DNA of 64,000 nt. It comes from an uncultured Dehalococcoidales bacterium. GTDB taxonomy: Bacteria > Chloroflexota > Dehalococcoidia > Lucifugimonadales > Lucifugimonadaceae. Under the pieces are notes generated by a model. It saw only the letters and a program-made list of their open reading frames with translations. It was not told the origin of the DNA and did no database searches. Positions 20,380 through 30,303 of this stretch are shown one piece after another (position 1 is the first letter of the stretch; every line of letters starts with the position of its first letter). The position numbers and the translations under genes were made by a program. The stretch spans positions 14,362 to 78,361 of the forward strand of contig CAZUHW010000004.1 of NCBI GenBank assembly GCA_964620935.1, in the 5' to 3' direction.

Positions 20380-21249
20380 ATGACAACAATAAATTCAGAC
20401 AGTAAATTTAAAATTCGAGAAAGAGTAGATAAAGGGGTTAATGCTCTTCTTGCTCTTTCTATTTTTATAGCATTTGCAACTCTTATAGCATTAATATTTG
20501 ATATATTGAGTGATGGGTGGGAATGGTTTGATTGGCAATTTATTAATAGCTTCCCATCAAGAAAGCCAGAAATATCTGGGATTAAAGCAGCATTTTTTGG
20601 CACTATTTGGGTTATGTCTATAACTGCTCTTCTATCTATTCCAATAGGAGTCTGCACCGCTTTATACTTAGAAATGTTTGCTGAAGACACAAGATTTAAT
20701 AGATTTATTAAATTAAATATAAGCAATCTTGCAGGAGTTCCATCAATAATATATGGAATTATAGGAATGGCTATATTCGTAGAATTTTTCCAAATGGGGA
20801 GAGTTATACTCGCCGGATCATTAACAATGACATTACTTATTCTTCCAATAATAATTATTGCTAGCCAAGAAGCAATCAAGCAAGTGCCTAGTTACTATAT
20901 GGATGCGGCTTTAGCTCTTGGCTCTACAAAGTGGCAAGCTGTGATAAAAGTAATATTACCTCAAGCCATACCTGGAATTGTTAGTGGTTTTATTCTAGCA
21001 ATGTCTAGAGCCATTGGAGAATCTGCACCTATGATCGCAATAAGTGCATTGGTTTATTTAACTTTCTTGCCATCAAGCCCATTAGATAGATTTACTGTAA
21101 TGCCTATACAAATATATAACTGGATATCTCAGCCTCAAGATGATTTCAGGGGATTAGCTGCTGCAGGGATAATATTGCTACTAATAATGCTTTTGTCATT
21201 AAATTCGTTCGCAATCTTTCTTAGAGACTACTTTCAAAGAAGGAATTAA
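20380..21249 (+). CDS. pstA: phosphate ABC transporter permease PstA
   Basis: Directly follows pstC. Loop AALALGSTKWQAVIKVILPQAIPGIV. Confidence 0.85.
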   Translation: MTTINSDSKFKIRERVDKGVNALLALSIFIAFATLIALIFDILSDGWEWFDWQFINSFPSRKPEISGIKAAFFGTIWVMSITALLSIPIGVCTALYLEMFAEDTRFNRFIKLNISNLAGVPSIIYGIIGMAIFVEFFQMGRVILAGSLTMTLLILPIIIIASQEAIKQVPSYYMDAALALGSTKWQAVIKVILPQAIPGIVSGFILAMSRAIGESAPMIAISALVYLTFLPSSPLDRFTVMPIQIYNWISQPQDDFRGLAAAGIILLLIMLLSLNSFAIFLRDYFQRRN

Positions 21250-21250
21250 A

Positions 21251-21664
21251 TTGGCTAATACTTACTGGTTGATAAATTTAAAATCAGAGGAATATATAAA
21301 AAATTCTTCAAATAAAAGAAGTCAGATTTTTATGAATAATGATAAAAGAAAGGTTGGAAGAATGTCTATTGGGGATAAGCTAATTTTTTATATTAGTGAT
21401 AAAAATTGCTTTGTTGGAATTTCTGAAATCAAGAGTGATGATGCAGAAGAGTTAAGCAATAAAACTTTATCTATAAAAATTAAAAGGTCTACCCATCTAA
21501 ATATAAATAATTCAGTAGACGGAGATCAGATAGGGCCTAGCCTAGATTATGTAAAAAGATGGGCGCCAGAGAGGTGGAAGCTAGCAATGGTGGGGTCTTT
21601 GCATATCGTATCTCAAAATGACTATAACCTAATTAATGCATCAATTAAGTCTCACCTGAATTAA
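21251..21664 (+). CDS. EVE/PUA-like domain protein (tentative)
   Basis: TTG start 1 nt after the pstA stop. YWLINLK...GDKLIFYIS...FVGISEI resembles the EVE-domain pattern yWllK...GDlvffYhS...ivGiaev. Confidence 0.4.
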   Translation: MANTYWLINLKSEEYIKNSSNKRSQIFMNNDKRKVGRMSIGDKLIFYISDKNCFVGISEIKSDDAEELSNKTLSIKIKRSTHLNINNSVDGDQIGPSLDYVKRWAPERWKLAMVGSLHIVSQNDYNLINASIKSHLN

Positions 21665-22412
21665 ATTTTATAAATGACTTAAAGTTATCATTGGTCTTCT
21701 CTCCAACTAACTCAATAGTTAATTTTTTTATGACAGATAATTCATTAGCCACTAAAACAACATCTTTTGGTTCGGTCCATCTTTCCCTATTTTTTTTAAA
21801 ATATTGAGGGTAAGAATCAGTTTCTATAACAATATCATCTATAGAAATTTTCTTTGCAATTTCTTTAAGATAATCATTTCTAATTAATGTTTTAGCAAAA
21901 GATATTTTGAAGCCTAAACTTATCATTTTTTTTGCTTCCTCATAATTGCCATCAAAATAATGCACAGCGCCCCCATTCATATTACCTTTAAAATTTGCTA
22001 GCACATCATATGAATCTTTCATTGAAAACCTAGTATGAAATACTATTGGCAAATTATTATCAATAGCAATCTGTATTTGCTCCTCAAACGCCTTAATCTG
22101 TACTTTCTTATTCGGTGAAGAATCTTGATAATCTAATCCGATTTCACTAATCATTGAAATGTTTTCATTTGATATCTTCTTTAATTCTAATAAGTCACCT
22201 TCCCAGTTATTTGTAAGATCCGAAGGATGAAGCCCTATTCCTGCCAATATATCTGGATATTTTTTTGCTAGTTCAATAGATTTTATTGAATCCTTAATTG
22301 TAGTCCCGCTAGAAACTACCAATTCAACACCAGCTTCCCTCCATCTTTTAACTATAGAAGGAATTTCTTCATCATTATATTGAGACAAATGTGTGTGAAT
22401 ATCTATAAACAT
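21645..22412 (-). CDS. tatD: TatD-family metal-dependent hydrolase
   Basis: The ORF extends to 22481, but the conserved N-terminus MFIDIHTHL starts at 22412. Also GIGLHP, IGLDY and VFHTR. Confidence 0.8.
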   Translation of the reverse strand: MFIDIHTHLSQYNDEEIPSIVKRWREAGVELVVSSGTTIKDSIKSIELAKKYPDILAGIGLHPSDLTNNWEGDLLELKKISNENISMISEIGLDYQDSSPNKKVQIKAFEEQIQIAIDNNLPIVFHTRFSMKDSYDVLANFKGNMNGGAVHYFDGNYEEAKKMISLGFKISFAKTLIRNDYLKEIAKKISIDDIVIETDSYPQYFKKNRERWTEPKDVVLVANELSVIKKLTIELVGEKTNDNFKSFIKFNSGET

Positions 22413-22439
22413 AATATAATTTATGATAAGGCATATTAC

Positions 22440-23027
22440 ATGGATGAAAAAGAAAAAATATATATAATTAAACAAATGCAAGATTCAAATATTCAGCTTT
22501 GCATCAGTTTCTCTGGCGTAGGATTTCAATTTTTGAACAATATATTAAAGCTAGAGGGCGCCTCAAAGTGTTTATTGAATGCAGAAATTCCCTACTCCAA
22601 AGAAGCATTAAATGAAAATTTTCAAATAAAAGAACCTTTTATAACAAAAAATAATTCTGAAAAGCTATCAAGAATTTCATTGGATAGGTTTTCAAAGAAA
22701 CTTAAAAGTGATGTTTTGATCTCTATAGGGTGCATAGGGTCAATTAAAACTTATTATAAAAAACAAGGAGATGAGAAAGCTTGGATTTATTTTTTAACTT
22801 CTAATCAACAGGAACATAATTTATTTATAAAATTTCATAAAGATTTAATGAATCCAACTTCTAGAGAAAGGCAAGATGAAATAATAAATATTTCAATACT
22901 ATTAACTATCAGAGATTTCATTAATAATAATTATAATTTTCCATTGAATGATTTAGATGAAAATCAAACACTAAAACTTGAGTCTCAAGATGTTGCGACC
23001 ATATGTTCTAAACCTAAAGATTTATAA
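22440..23027 (+). CDS. CinA/PncC C-terminal-domain-like protein (tentative)
   Basis: The ORF opens at 22380 but that part overlaps tatD, so I use the ATG at 22440. CISFSGVGFQFLNNILKLEGASKCLLNAEIPYS resembles the AESCTGG...vpGsS...vtYs pattern of nicotinamide-nucleotide amidase domains. Catalytic residues are not clearly conserved. Confidence 0.35.
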   Translation: MDEKEKIYIIKQMQDSNIQLCISFSGVGFQFLNNILKLEGASKCLLNAEIPYSKEALNENFQIKEPFITKNNSEKLSRISLDRFSKKLKSDVLISIGCIGSIKTYYKKQGDEKAWIYFLTSNQQEHNLFIKFHKDLMNPTSRERQDEIINISILLTIRDFINNNYNFPLNDLDENQTLKLESQDVATICSKPKDL

Positions 23028-23028
23028 A

Positions 23029-23616
23029 ATGGACGAACTAGACTACTTAGCAATATTAAAAGGCATTAATAATTATATTATTATTGAAAATAGCCAAAAA
23101 AAACCACATAAGTCTGTCGAAAAATCTCTTATTCTCTCTGGCTCTTTCAATCCATTGCATGATGGTCATGTAGGATTATTAAAGGCGGCTAGAGACATAA
23201 CCAACCTGGACCCATTCTTCGAAATATCTATATCTAATGTAGATAAAAAAACCATAAATTTAAATGATTTAAATATTAGAATTAAACAATTTGATAATGT
23301 CGGAAAATTAATAATTACTAATAGCCCAGCTTTTGAAGATAAGAGTAATATATTCAAAAAAAGTATATTTGCAATTGGTTACGATACTGCCATAAGAATT
23401 ATGGATGAGAAATACTACAAAGACGACATACTTAAGTCTTTTTCAAATATAAATAATAACGAATGTGGCTTTATAGTTTCTGGGAGATCAGTAAATGGGG
23501 ACTATAAAGACTTGAATGATATCAATATTGCAGGATTTGAAGAATTATTTACTCCTCTGCCAAAAGAAAATTTTAGATTTGATATTTCCTCTACTGAATT
23601 AAGAAAAGATTTATAA
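23029..23616 (+). CDS. cytidylyltransferase-fold nucleotidyltransferase (NadD/NMNAT-like)
   Basis: The ATG at 23029 lies 1 nt after the preceding stop. SGSFNPLHDGHVGLL contains the (H/T)xGH nucleotidyltransferase motif, and the C-terminal ISSTELRK resembles the ISSTxxR motif. Confidence 0.55.
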   Translation: MDELDYLAILKGINNYIIIENSQKKPHKSVEKSLILSGSFNPLHDGHVGLLKAARDITNLDPFFEISISNVDKKTINLNDLNIRIKQFDNVGKLIITNSPAFEDKSNIFKKSIFAIGYDTAIRIMDEKYYKDDILKSFSNINNNECGFIVSGRSVNGDYKDLNDINIAGFEELFTPLPKENFRFDISSTELRKDL

Positions 23617-24903
23617 TTCCGAAAATGATATATCTGCAGCTCTTATCGTTTTCTCAATATCATTAATATCATGCGCGGATGACATATGCCACCTACCATT
23701 TTGAGATAATCTAACTCCGTTCAGCAGCATTAATTTAGAAAATTCTTTATATTTTTCCTGATCTACATTATTAGCATGATCTCTATAATTTTTTATGCTA
23801 TCCAATTTAGTAAAACTTAAATAAAAAACACTCCCTAAACCCTGAATTAATATATCAATATTTTTCTTTTTTGCTGACTCTTCGAGGCCTTTTATAAGTA
23901 AATCTCCATTTTTATTTAATGAATTATAGAAATTTTTATTATTTAACAAATGATCTAATGTTGCATGAGCTGCTGAAACTGACATTACATTTGTATTAAA
24001 ACTTCCTCCGTGGACTACTTCTCCGCTTGACATGTAATCCATTATCTCTGGTTTTCCAGCAAGCATAGCAATAGGGAATCCGCCTGCCATTGATTTAGCA
24101 TAAGTTGATAGATCAGGTTCAATATTGTAAATTTCTTGAGCTCCTCCTAATGCAACTCTAAATCCTGTCCCTACTTCATCAAGAATTAATAAAATATCAT
24201 ATTTATCACATAGTTCTCTTAATTTTTCTAAATAGCCCGGGTTAGGAAGTATAACATTTGAATTCCATAAAATTGGCTCGGTTATTATTGCTGAAATATC
24301 CTCATGTTGAACTTTTAAAATATTTTCAAGTGCTTCAGGATCATTCCATGGAGCTATCACCACTTCATCTGCTGTTCCTTTAGCAATTCCTCCAGATTCA
24401 GCTACAGGATCAAATAAAGTCTCTTCAGAAGATACGTCAGGGTGGGAATTGTATAAAACAGAATCCATCCATCCATGATAATGTCCTTCAAATTTAAGAA
24501 ACTTATTTTTATTGGTATATGACCTAGCAAGACGCAATGCTATTTGTACAATTTCTGTTCCTGAACTTGCATATCTAAATTTACGTTTAAATGGCAAAGT
24601 CTTTTCTACAAACTCTGAGAGTTCATTCTCTTTCTTTGATTGGCCGGTTAAACAAAAGCCATCTTGCATATCTTTATAAACTGAGTTGGTAATAAAATCT
24701 GGAGAATGGCCAAAAATATTTGGCCCCATTCCCATAACATAATCTATAAATTCATTTCCATCTACATCTGTCATCTTGCTACCTTTTGCAGATTTAAAAA
24801 ATAGAGGAACTGGCCACTCTGATTGCCTTATGCTGCTACTAACTCCTCCGGGTACCATTTTTTTGGCGTCTTCATAAAGTTTTTTGCTATTATCAAATTT
24901 CAT
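23611..24903 (-). CDS. class-III (PLP) aminotransferase, glutamate-1-semialdehyde aminomutase-like
   Basis: 430 aa with SGTEIVQIALRLAR, LILDEVGTGFR and the Lys region YAKSMAGG. Confidence 0.8.
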   Translation of the reverse strand: MKFDNSKKLYEDAKKMVPGGVSSSIRQSEWPVPLFFKSAKGSKMTDVDGNEFIDYVMGMGPNIFGHSPDFITNSVYKDMQDGFCLTGQSKKENELSEFVEKTLPFKRKFRYASSGTEIVQIALRLARSYTNKNKFLKFEGHYHGWMDSVLYNSHPDVSSEETLFDPVAESGGIAKGTADEVVIAPWNDPEALENILKVQHEDISAIITEPILWNSNVILPNPGYLEKLRELCDKYDILLILDEVGTGFRVALGGAQEIYNIEPDLSTYAKSMAGGFPIAMLAGKPEIMDYMSSGEVVHGGSFNTNVMSVSAAHATLDHLLNNKNFYNSLNKNGDLLIKGLEESAKKKNIDILIQGLGSVFYLSFTKLDSIKNYRDHANNVDQEKYKEFSKLMLLNGVRLSQNGRWHMSSAHDINDIEKTIRAADISFSEL

Positions 24904-24929
24904 AATTAAATCCTTTAAATCTTAAATTA

Positions 24930-26570
24930 TTAATAATTATTTCTCTGATAATAACTCAGAGGGTCAAAATTAAAGTCTAGATAATTCTTTAACCAATCGA
25001 TTCCTAAATTTCTAGCTCTTTCATATATTTCATTTTTTTCAGGGCGAATATTTATTATATCTTGAAATTCTTGATTGAACATTTCTTCAACAATTTTTTT
25101 GCTATGAACTTCTCCGGTATCTTTACATATTGAATTATGGATTATTCTTTGTGCTGTTTGGGCAATTGAAATCCTTGCAGTTGCTAGATCCTCCATTAAT
25201 GCTGGTCTTTTACCTGGAACTCCTTCAAGGCTATCTATTCCTTTGGCACCCCTTCCATTAAACCATCCTTCTAGGTATTCGATAATGGTTCTAATATTTC
25301 TTCTAGTTCCTTCTTTAGTCAGGTCTCCTTCAGGCCTAAGATTTAAGTTAGATAATGAATGCAAATCAGGATTTTTCATATCTTCTGAAGGAGTCCATCC
25401 CGACGAATGCAAATCTTTGAAAGGTTTGGCTGCAGTCTCCATATGATAAATATGAGCAACCCAACCTCTAAGGAACCCATTTTCAGCTTCCCAAGTTTTA
25501 TCTAAAGCTATTGATGAAGCAGCCATTTTATTTATCTCTTCATCTCTACTTGGCAAGGCTGTAGCCATCCCTCCAATGGGAACCCCGCCATGCTTTAAAC
25601 ATACTGCAACTAAATGCCTAAAAATACTAACCATAAAAGGAGTAGATGCAACATTAACATCAAATCTATCTGGCCACACAAGGTCAGGTCTGCCCATTAT
25701 GAATTCTAGTACACTAGCCTTCAAATCCCATCTTGCAGCGTTGAATCCTGCTGCATATTTACCAAGAGAAAATAAAATATTCTCCATATTTAAAGCTATT
25801 GGTAGTGACTCAACTAACATAATAGCTTTTATCTTATTGCTATCTAAATTATCTATAATAATACAGGCTTCATCAAAAAATTCTTTCCAAAAAATTGCTT
25901 CCTTTTCTGTTTCTAATTTTGGAAGATAAAAATATATAAAGTTTCCTTTTTTTTGCTGCTCTCTTCCGCAATGCATAAGGGTCAAGACTGTTCCTAAAAT
26001 TGATGCTGAAATTGGTTTCCCATCAATTAAGAAATCTTCTTCGTCTAATAATAAGCCTCTTTCCCTGTGCATAAAAAAAGGCAACTTGCCAGGAGCTACT
26101 TCATACTTTTTCTTCTTTTTATCGTCATAAAACTCAAGATTCCCGGTCACAGCACCTTTACGATTAATTGCAGAATTAACAGTATCTTGAAGTGTGTGCC
26201 CTGCTGCATCTTCGTCATCATCTAGATCTCCATCTGCCCTAAATCCGCTAGGGGTTGGATTTAATCCATTAATAAACATAGAAGTCTGAGAAGAAGGTCC
26301 GGATATTTCTATTCCAGGAGTGAATAATTCATCTGGCACATCTAACTTCCACTCATTATGATTAGATGATTCAGTGAAAAGCTTATCGACTGGATTAATA
26401 GCAGAATCTTTTATAATTTCATGCAAACTTTTCTTTCTGATAGACCTAAACTCATTGATCTTATTTGAAAATTTATCATGAAGTTTTTCTATTACATCTA
26501 GGACTTCAGAAGTAAATACAATATCAGAACCAACACACTCATTAAATTCTATTCTGCCATTTTTTTTCAT
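24930..26570 (-). CDS. aceB: malate synthase A
   Basis: 546 aa with FYLPKLE, NAARWD and ALMEDLATARISIAQ, all characteristic of malate synthase. Confidence 0.85.
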   Translation of the reverse strand: MKKNGRIEFNECVGSDIVFTSEVLDVIEKLHDKFSNKINEFRSIRKKSLHEIIKDSAINPVDKLFTESSNHNEWKLDVPDELFTPGIEISGPSSQTSMFINGLNPTPSGFRADGDLDDDEDAAGHTLQDTVNSAINRKGAVTGNLEFYDDKKKKKYEVAPGKLPFFMHRERGLLLDEEDFLIDGKPISASILGTVLTLMHCGREQQKKGNFIYFYLPKLETEKEAIFWKEFFDEACIIIDNLDSNKIKAIMLVESLPIALNMENILFSLGKYAAGFNAARWDLKASVLEFIMGRPDLVWPDRFDVNVASTPFMVSIFRHLVAVCLKHGGVPIGGMATALPSRDEEINKMAASSIALDKTWEAENGFLRGWVAHIYHMETAAKPFKDLHSSGWTPSEDMKNPDLHSLSNLNLRPEGDLTKEGTRRNIRTIIEYLEGWFNGRGAKGIDSLEGVPGKRPALMEDLATARISIAQTAQRIIHNSICKDTGEVHSKKIVEEMFNQEFQDIINIRPEKNEIYERARNLGIDWLKNYLDFNFDPLSYYQRNNY

Positions 26571-26571
26571 G

Positions 26572-27330
26572 CTATCTCTCAGACCTTTGAATAGTTATCT
26601 CTGATAAGTAAAGTTCACCTGTTATAAGTTCATTTTCTCCAAAAGTACTATATAAACTTGGAGCTTCCACACTATTTGGAATAATTGTTAACTCAAACGA
26701 GTCATAAGTATTGGAATCCCCTAGTCCTGAATCAATTGCTTCTAATTTATATTTAATTATTTCAAAGGCAGCATTCTCAGAGGTGTCTCCAGTTTTACTA
26801 ATTGGAACTACAAGTCCAGTATCCTCAATATCGAATTTAAATCTTACTTCAGCCAGCCCGGTCATAATCAAAGAATTTGAGTTTAAATCATAAGGCTTCG
26901 AAACATAGCTATCGACTGTAGTTGCCTTAAATGCCAGATTAAAATTATTAAATACAACTGAGCCTTTGTTCCTTGTCTCCCACTTAAAGGGAGAGCCAAA
27001 ACTATCAGAAATATAAACTAGGTGATACCTATCAAAAGAAAAAGAGTCTTTTAACTCTACAACTCCACTATTATCACTTAATTCGAAAACCCTTTTGATT
27101 GATCCTCCCCCAGATGCATAATTATTAGTTACCTTTTCTACTCTCTCTTTAAGTTCTAGAGAAGTCATTTTATAAGATTCAATTTCTGCCTTAGCATTAA
27201 TAATCTGATCAGACGATCTGGCATTAACAAGATATTGATAAACGTTCAGTGCAATCAATATCAACAAAATTATAAAAATTAATAATACTAATGGGTTTTT
27301 ATATAAATTATTTTTCTGGATCAAGCTCAT
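26572..27330 (-). CDS. membrane-anchored hypothetical protein
   Basis: 252 aa with a single N-terminal TM segment (PLVLLIFIILLILIALNV). Its stop abuts aceB. No family recognised. Confidence 0.5.
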   Translation of the reverse strand: MSLIQKNNLYKNPLVLLIFIILLILIALNVYQYLVNARSSDQIINAKAEIESYKMTSLELKERVEKVTNNYASGGGSIKRVFELSDNSGVVELKDSFSFDRYHLVYISDSFGSPFKWETRNKGSVVFNNFNLAFKATTVDSYVSKPYDLNSNSLIMTGLAEVRFKFDIEDTGLVVPISKTGDTSENAAFEIIKYKLEAIDSGLGDSNTYDSFELTIIPNSVEAPSLYSTFGENELITGELYLSEITIQRSER

Positions 27331-27413
27331 TTTTACATTAAGTATTTTAATTAATCATATTTTATATTAATTTAAATTATATAATTTAAAAACAAATACT
27401 ATCGGGGATTAAA

Positions 27414-28355
27414 ATGTCACATCAAATAAACTCAAATTATTCACCAGTTCCTAATTGGTGCAAACTACCATACGGAATGACTTTTAAAAACGATGCAACA
27501 TCGGTCGCTGTAGATTCAAAAGATAATGTATATGTTTTTTGCAGAGGCCCTATTCCCTTATTTATTTTTGATTCAGAAGGTAACTATTTAGATAGTTGGG
27601 GTGAGGGAGAGTATTTAAGACCTCATGGTATCTGTGTTGATAATAATAATGATCTTTATCTAATTGATGATCAAGGCCATATGATAGAAAAAAGAACTAA
27701 GGAAGGGGAGTTAATATTTAGGTTGGGAGAGAAAGGGAAATCCTCAGAAAGACAGAGTGGTGAGATTTTCAATTTGCCGACAGATGCAGTAGTAGATCCT
27801 GACACTGGCGATATATTTATAAGCGATGGATATGGAAATTCTAGAGTTCATAAGTTCGATATTCAAGGCAAATATATTAAATCTTGGGGAGAGCCAGGAT
27901 CGGATGCAGGCAAATTTAGTTTGCCTCATAATATAGCTATCACATCAGACAAAAGATTAATTGTTGCGGATAGAGAAAACTTTAGGTTGCAGATTTTTGA
28001 TACTGACGGTAATTTTATTGACCAATGGCATATACATCACCCCATGTCAGTTACTACAGACAGCAAAGACAACATATATGTTGGAGAAATGGGCCCTCCT
28101 CCGGTTCAAGAAGGGGTTAAAAATTTAGGTAATTGTGTTTCTATTTTAAGCCCTGAAGGAGAGCTTATAGAAAGATTGGGTCACGAACTACCAGGATCAA
28201 ATGACGATCAATTTGTTGCTCCTCATGGAATAGCTGTAGATTCTAAAGGATCAATATACGTTGCAGAAGTAGCTTGGACATACTGGTTTTCACGACAAGA
28301 AAATCCTCCTATAGGTGAAATACCTAGCCTAAGAAAATGGAAGATAAATGACTGA
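27414..28355 (+). CDS. NHL-repeat beta-propeller protein
   Basis: Repeated blocks HGICVDNNNDLYLID, PTDAVVDPDTGDIFISD, PHNIAITSDKRLIVADRENFRLQIFD and PHGIAVDSKGSIYVAE. Confidence 0.7.
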   Translation: MSHQINSNYSPVPNWCKLPYGMTFKNDATSVAVDSKDNVYVFCRGPIPLFIFDSEGNYLDSWGEGEYLRPHGICVDNNNDLYLIDDQGHMIEKRTKEGELIFRLGEKGKSSERQSGEIFNLPTDAVVDPDTGDIFISDGYGNSRVHKFDIQGKYIKSWGEPGSDAGKFSLPHNIAITSDKRLIVADRENFRLQIFDTDGNFIDQWHIHHPMSVTTDSKDNIYVGEMGPPPVQEGVKNLGNCVSILSPEGELIERLGHELPGSNDDQFVAPHGIAVDSKGSIYVAEVAWTYWFSRQENPPIGEIPSLRKWKIND

Positions 28356-29373
28356 TTTAGTATATATTATTTTAATAGCAATATTGATCTTAATAATTAT
28401 ACTATTCCTATTTTTTAGAAAATCTTTTTCAAGAGAAAATTATAATGATATTAATAATGATCTAGTAAAAGAACTTACCAAGAAAATGGACAATTTGCAT
28501 ACCAAGCTAGAGGTAGAGCAAACAACAATTCTAAATAACATTGAAGGTAGTTCTAACAACCTAAAAGATATAATGAAGCTAACAGCAGAAAATACTGAGA
28601 GAACTACTAATGCAATCAGGGTAGAGGCACAAAAAATTTCAAATATTCTCCAGGATAATAGTAAAAGAGGCGCATGGGGAGAAAAAATTGCTGATGATTT
28701 ATTAAAAAATATGGGCATGATAGAGGGCAAGTCTTATCAGAAACAGAAGAAGTTGCCGTGGATTTCAGAAGATAATAAAGAGTTAAAGCCAGATTTCACA
28801 TTCAATATTGATGGAGATGGAAAACTTTTTATAATGGATTCAAAATTTCCTCTAAGCAATTACAATAGAATGTTTGATGAAAATGGTAATCCAGTTAGTG
28901 ATATTGATATTCAAAAGAAAGCTTACATAAAAGAATTTAGAAAAAGAATCGATGAGGTAAAAAAATATATTAATACTTCAGAAAATACCCTTGATCTAGC
29001 AGCAATGTTCATACCAGTTTCAACTATTCTTGACGAAACTCTTCAGATGGATTCAGCAATTGTTGATTACGCAATTGAAAATAAAGTCGTTCTAGTTTCT
29101 CCAGCAAATTTTTATGCTCTTATAAGTTTTTTAAAATATTCAGAAACCTTATTTCAGGTTACTAGAGAACAGCAAACAATAATGAAAATATTTACATCAC
29201 TAAAAGAACAGTGGATGAAATACGAAGCATCTTTTGAAGATGTAGAAAAAAAACTGGAAAAATTATCTGAATCCATAGATTCAGTGAAAAGCACAAGAAC
29301 AAATGCTATGAGCAGAGAAATAAAAAAGGTAGATGAGATTTTAAGTATGGATTCTAAGAAACTAAACGATTAG
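28348..29373 (+). CDS. rmuC: DNA recombination protein RmuC
   Basis: N-terminal TM segment and coiled coil, then the RmuC core RGAWGEKIADDLL...KPDFTF...IMDSKFPL. Confidence 0.8.
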   Translation: MTDLVYIILIAILILIIILFLFFRKSFSRENYNDINNDLVKELTKKMDNLHTKLEVEQTTILNNIEGSSNNLKDIMKLTAENTERTTNAIRVEAQKISNILQDNSKRGAWGEKIADDLLKNMGMIEGKSYQKQKKLPWISEDNKELKPDFTFNIDGDGKLFIMDSKFPLSNYNRMFDENGNPVSDIDIQKKAYIKEFRKRIDEVKKYINTSENTLDLAAMFIPVSTILDETLQMDSAIVDYAIENKVVLVSPANFYALISFLKYSETLFQVTREQQTIMKIFTSLKEQWMKYEASFEDVEKKLEKLSESIDSVKSTRTNAMSREIKKVDEILSMDSKKLND

Positions 29374-30256
29374 AACCAGATACATAACCACATAATTCGC
29401 ATTCATCGCCAGATTCGGGTATTTCATTACTATTCAATGCCTCATATATCTCTTTTAAAAGTTCATCAACCCAAGAAAAGTCCCCTTCGTGTTTAAGCAG
29501 AGTAACTTCAAAATCTAGCACACTGTTAAATTCCTGTTTATCTTTATGAGCATTAGCATAAACAATATAACAATCAGAAGAGACAGGAAATCCTTTTTCA
29601 GAAAGTAACCATTGATAAATTTCTAACTGTCTCTTATACATTTTCCCTCCACTCCAAACATCATCCCATGTATTAATTGGATGAAATTGATTATCAACAG
29701 ATTTTGAAGTTGACTTGTAATCAACTACTACTAGGTCACCATTGGGGTAAATCCAAATATCATCAACAGCTCCAAAAATTTCAATATCTGTTTTTATATT
29801 ATCTCCAGTTTTTTCTAAATCATTATCCATAAGATCATCAAAAGAAGCTTGAGGGTTATCATCTTTCTTTTTATTTTCACTCTTAAGGGTCAAGTCAACT
29901 CTAACTCCACTAAAATTATGCCTCCAAATGTCTAATTCAGCATGAGAATATGGAATAGCATCTACCTCATACTTTTCCATTATTGGATGCTTGCTTTTCA
30001 TTCTTCTGTGATTATCAAACTCATTCTTAAAAAGATTATCAACTGCAGAGTTTAGGTTAAAAGGAATTTGTGATGGTTTCTTTAATCCGAGTCTTCTATT
30101 TAAATAAAAACATTTTTTGCAATCCAAATACTCATCTATTCCCGACCTACTTAACTGAAATTTTTTATCTGTATAAGAGCCAGGTTTATAGGTATATTTA
30201 GGATTGCTCCCTTTCATCATGTTCTTTGTCATCATAAAATAATAACAATTACCCAC
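29354..30256 (-). CDS. PD-(D/E)XK nuclease superfamily protein with CxxC pairs (Cas4/RecB-like fold)
   Basis: DDIW...VVVDYKSTSK fits D...(D/E)xK, and QLEIYQWL fits the QxxxY motif. CKKC lies near the N-terminus and CELC near the C-terminus, suggesting a 4-Cys cluster. Confidence 0.5.
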   Translation of the reverse strand: MGNCYYFMMTKNMMKGSNPKYTYKPGSYTDKKFQLSRSGIDEYLDCKKCFYLNRRLGLKKPSQIPFNLNSAVDNLFKNEFDNHRRMKSKHPIMEKYEVDAIPYSHAELDIWRHNFSGVRVDLTLKSENKKKDDNPQASFDDLMDNDLEKTGDNIKTDIEIFGAVDDIWIYPNGDLVVVDYKSTSKSVDNQFHPINTWDDVWSGGKMYKRQLEIYQWLLSEKGFPVSSDCYIVYANAHKDKQEFNSVLDFEVTLLKHEGDFSWVDELLKEIYEALNSNEIPESGDECELCGYVSGSNRLVS

Positions 30257-30303
30257 TAGAAAAAGGGGGAATATAATATTAGAATAACATCTTCGTTAAT
30301 TGT

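Noticed and set aside
20364-20879. 171-aa minus-strand ORF inside pstA, and similar antisense ORFs at 25576-25929, 44290-44700, 7522-7827 and 9061-9360
   Set aside because: All are fully contained in well-supported genes on the other strand and show no family motifs. They are typical shadow ORFs.
22380-22439. N-terminal 20 codons of ORF 22380..23027, and the first 23 codons of the tatD ORF up to 22481
   Set aside because: The two extensions overlap each other on opposite strands. The conserved TatD N-terminus MFIDIHTHL and an in-frame ATG at 22440 give non-overlapping genes.
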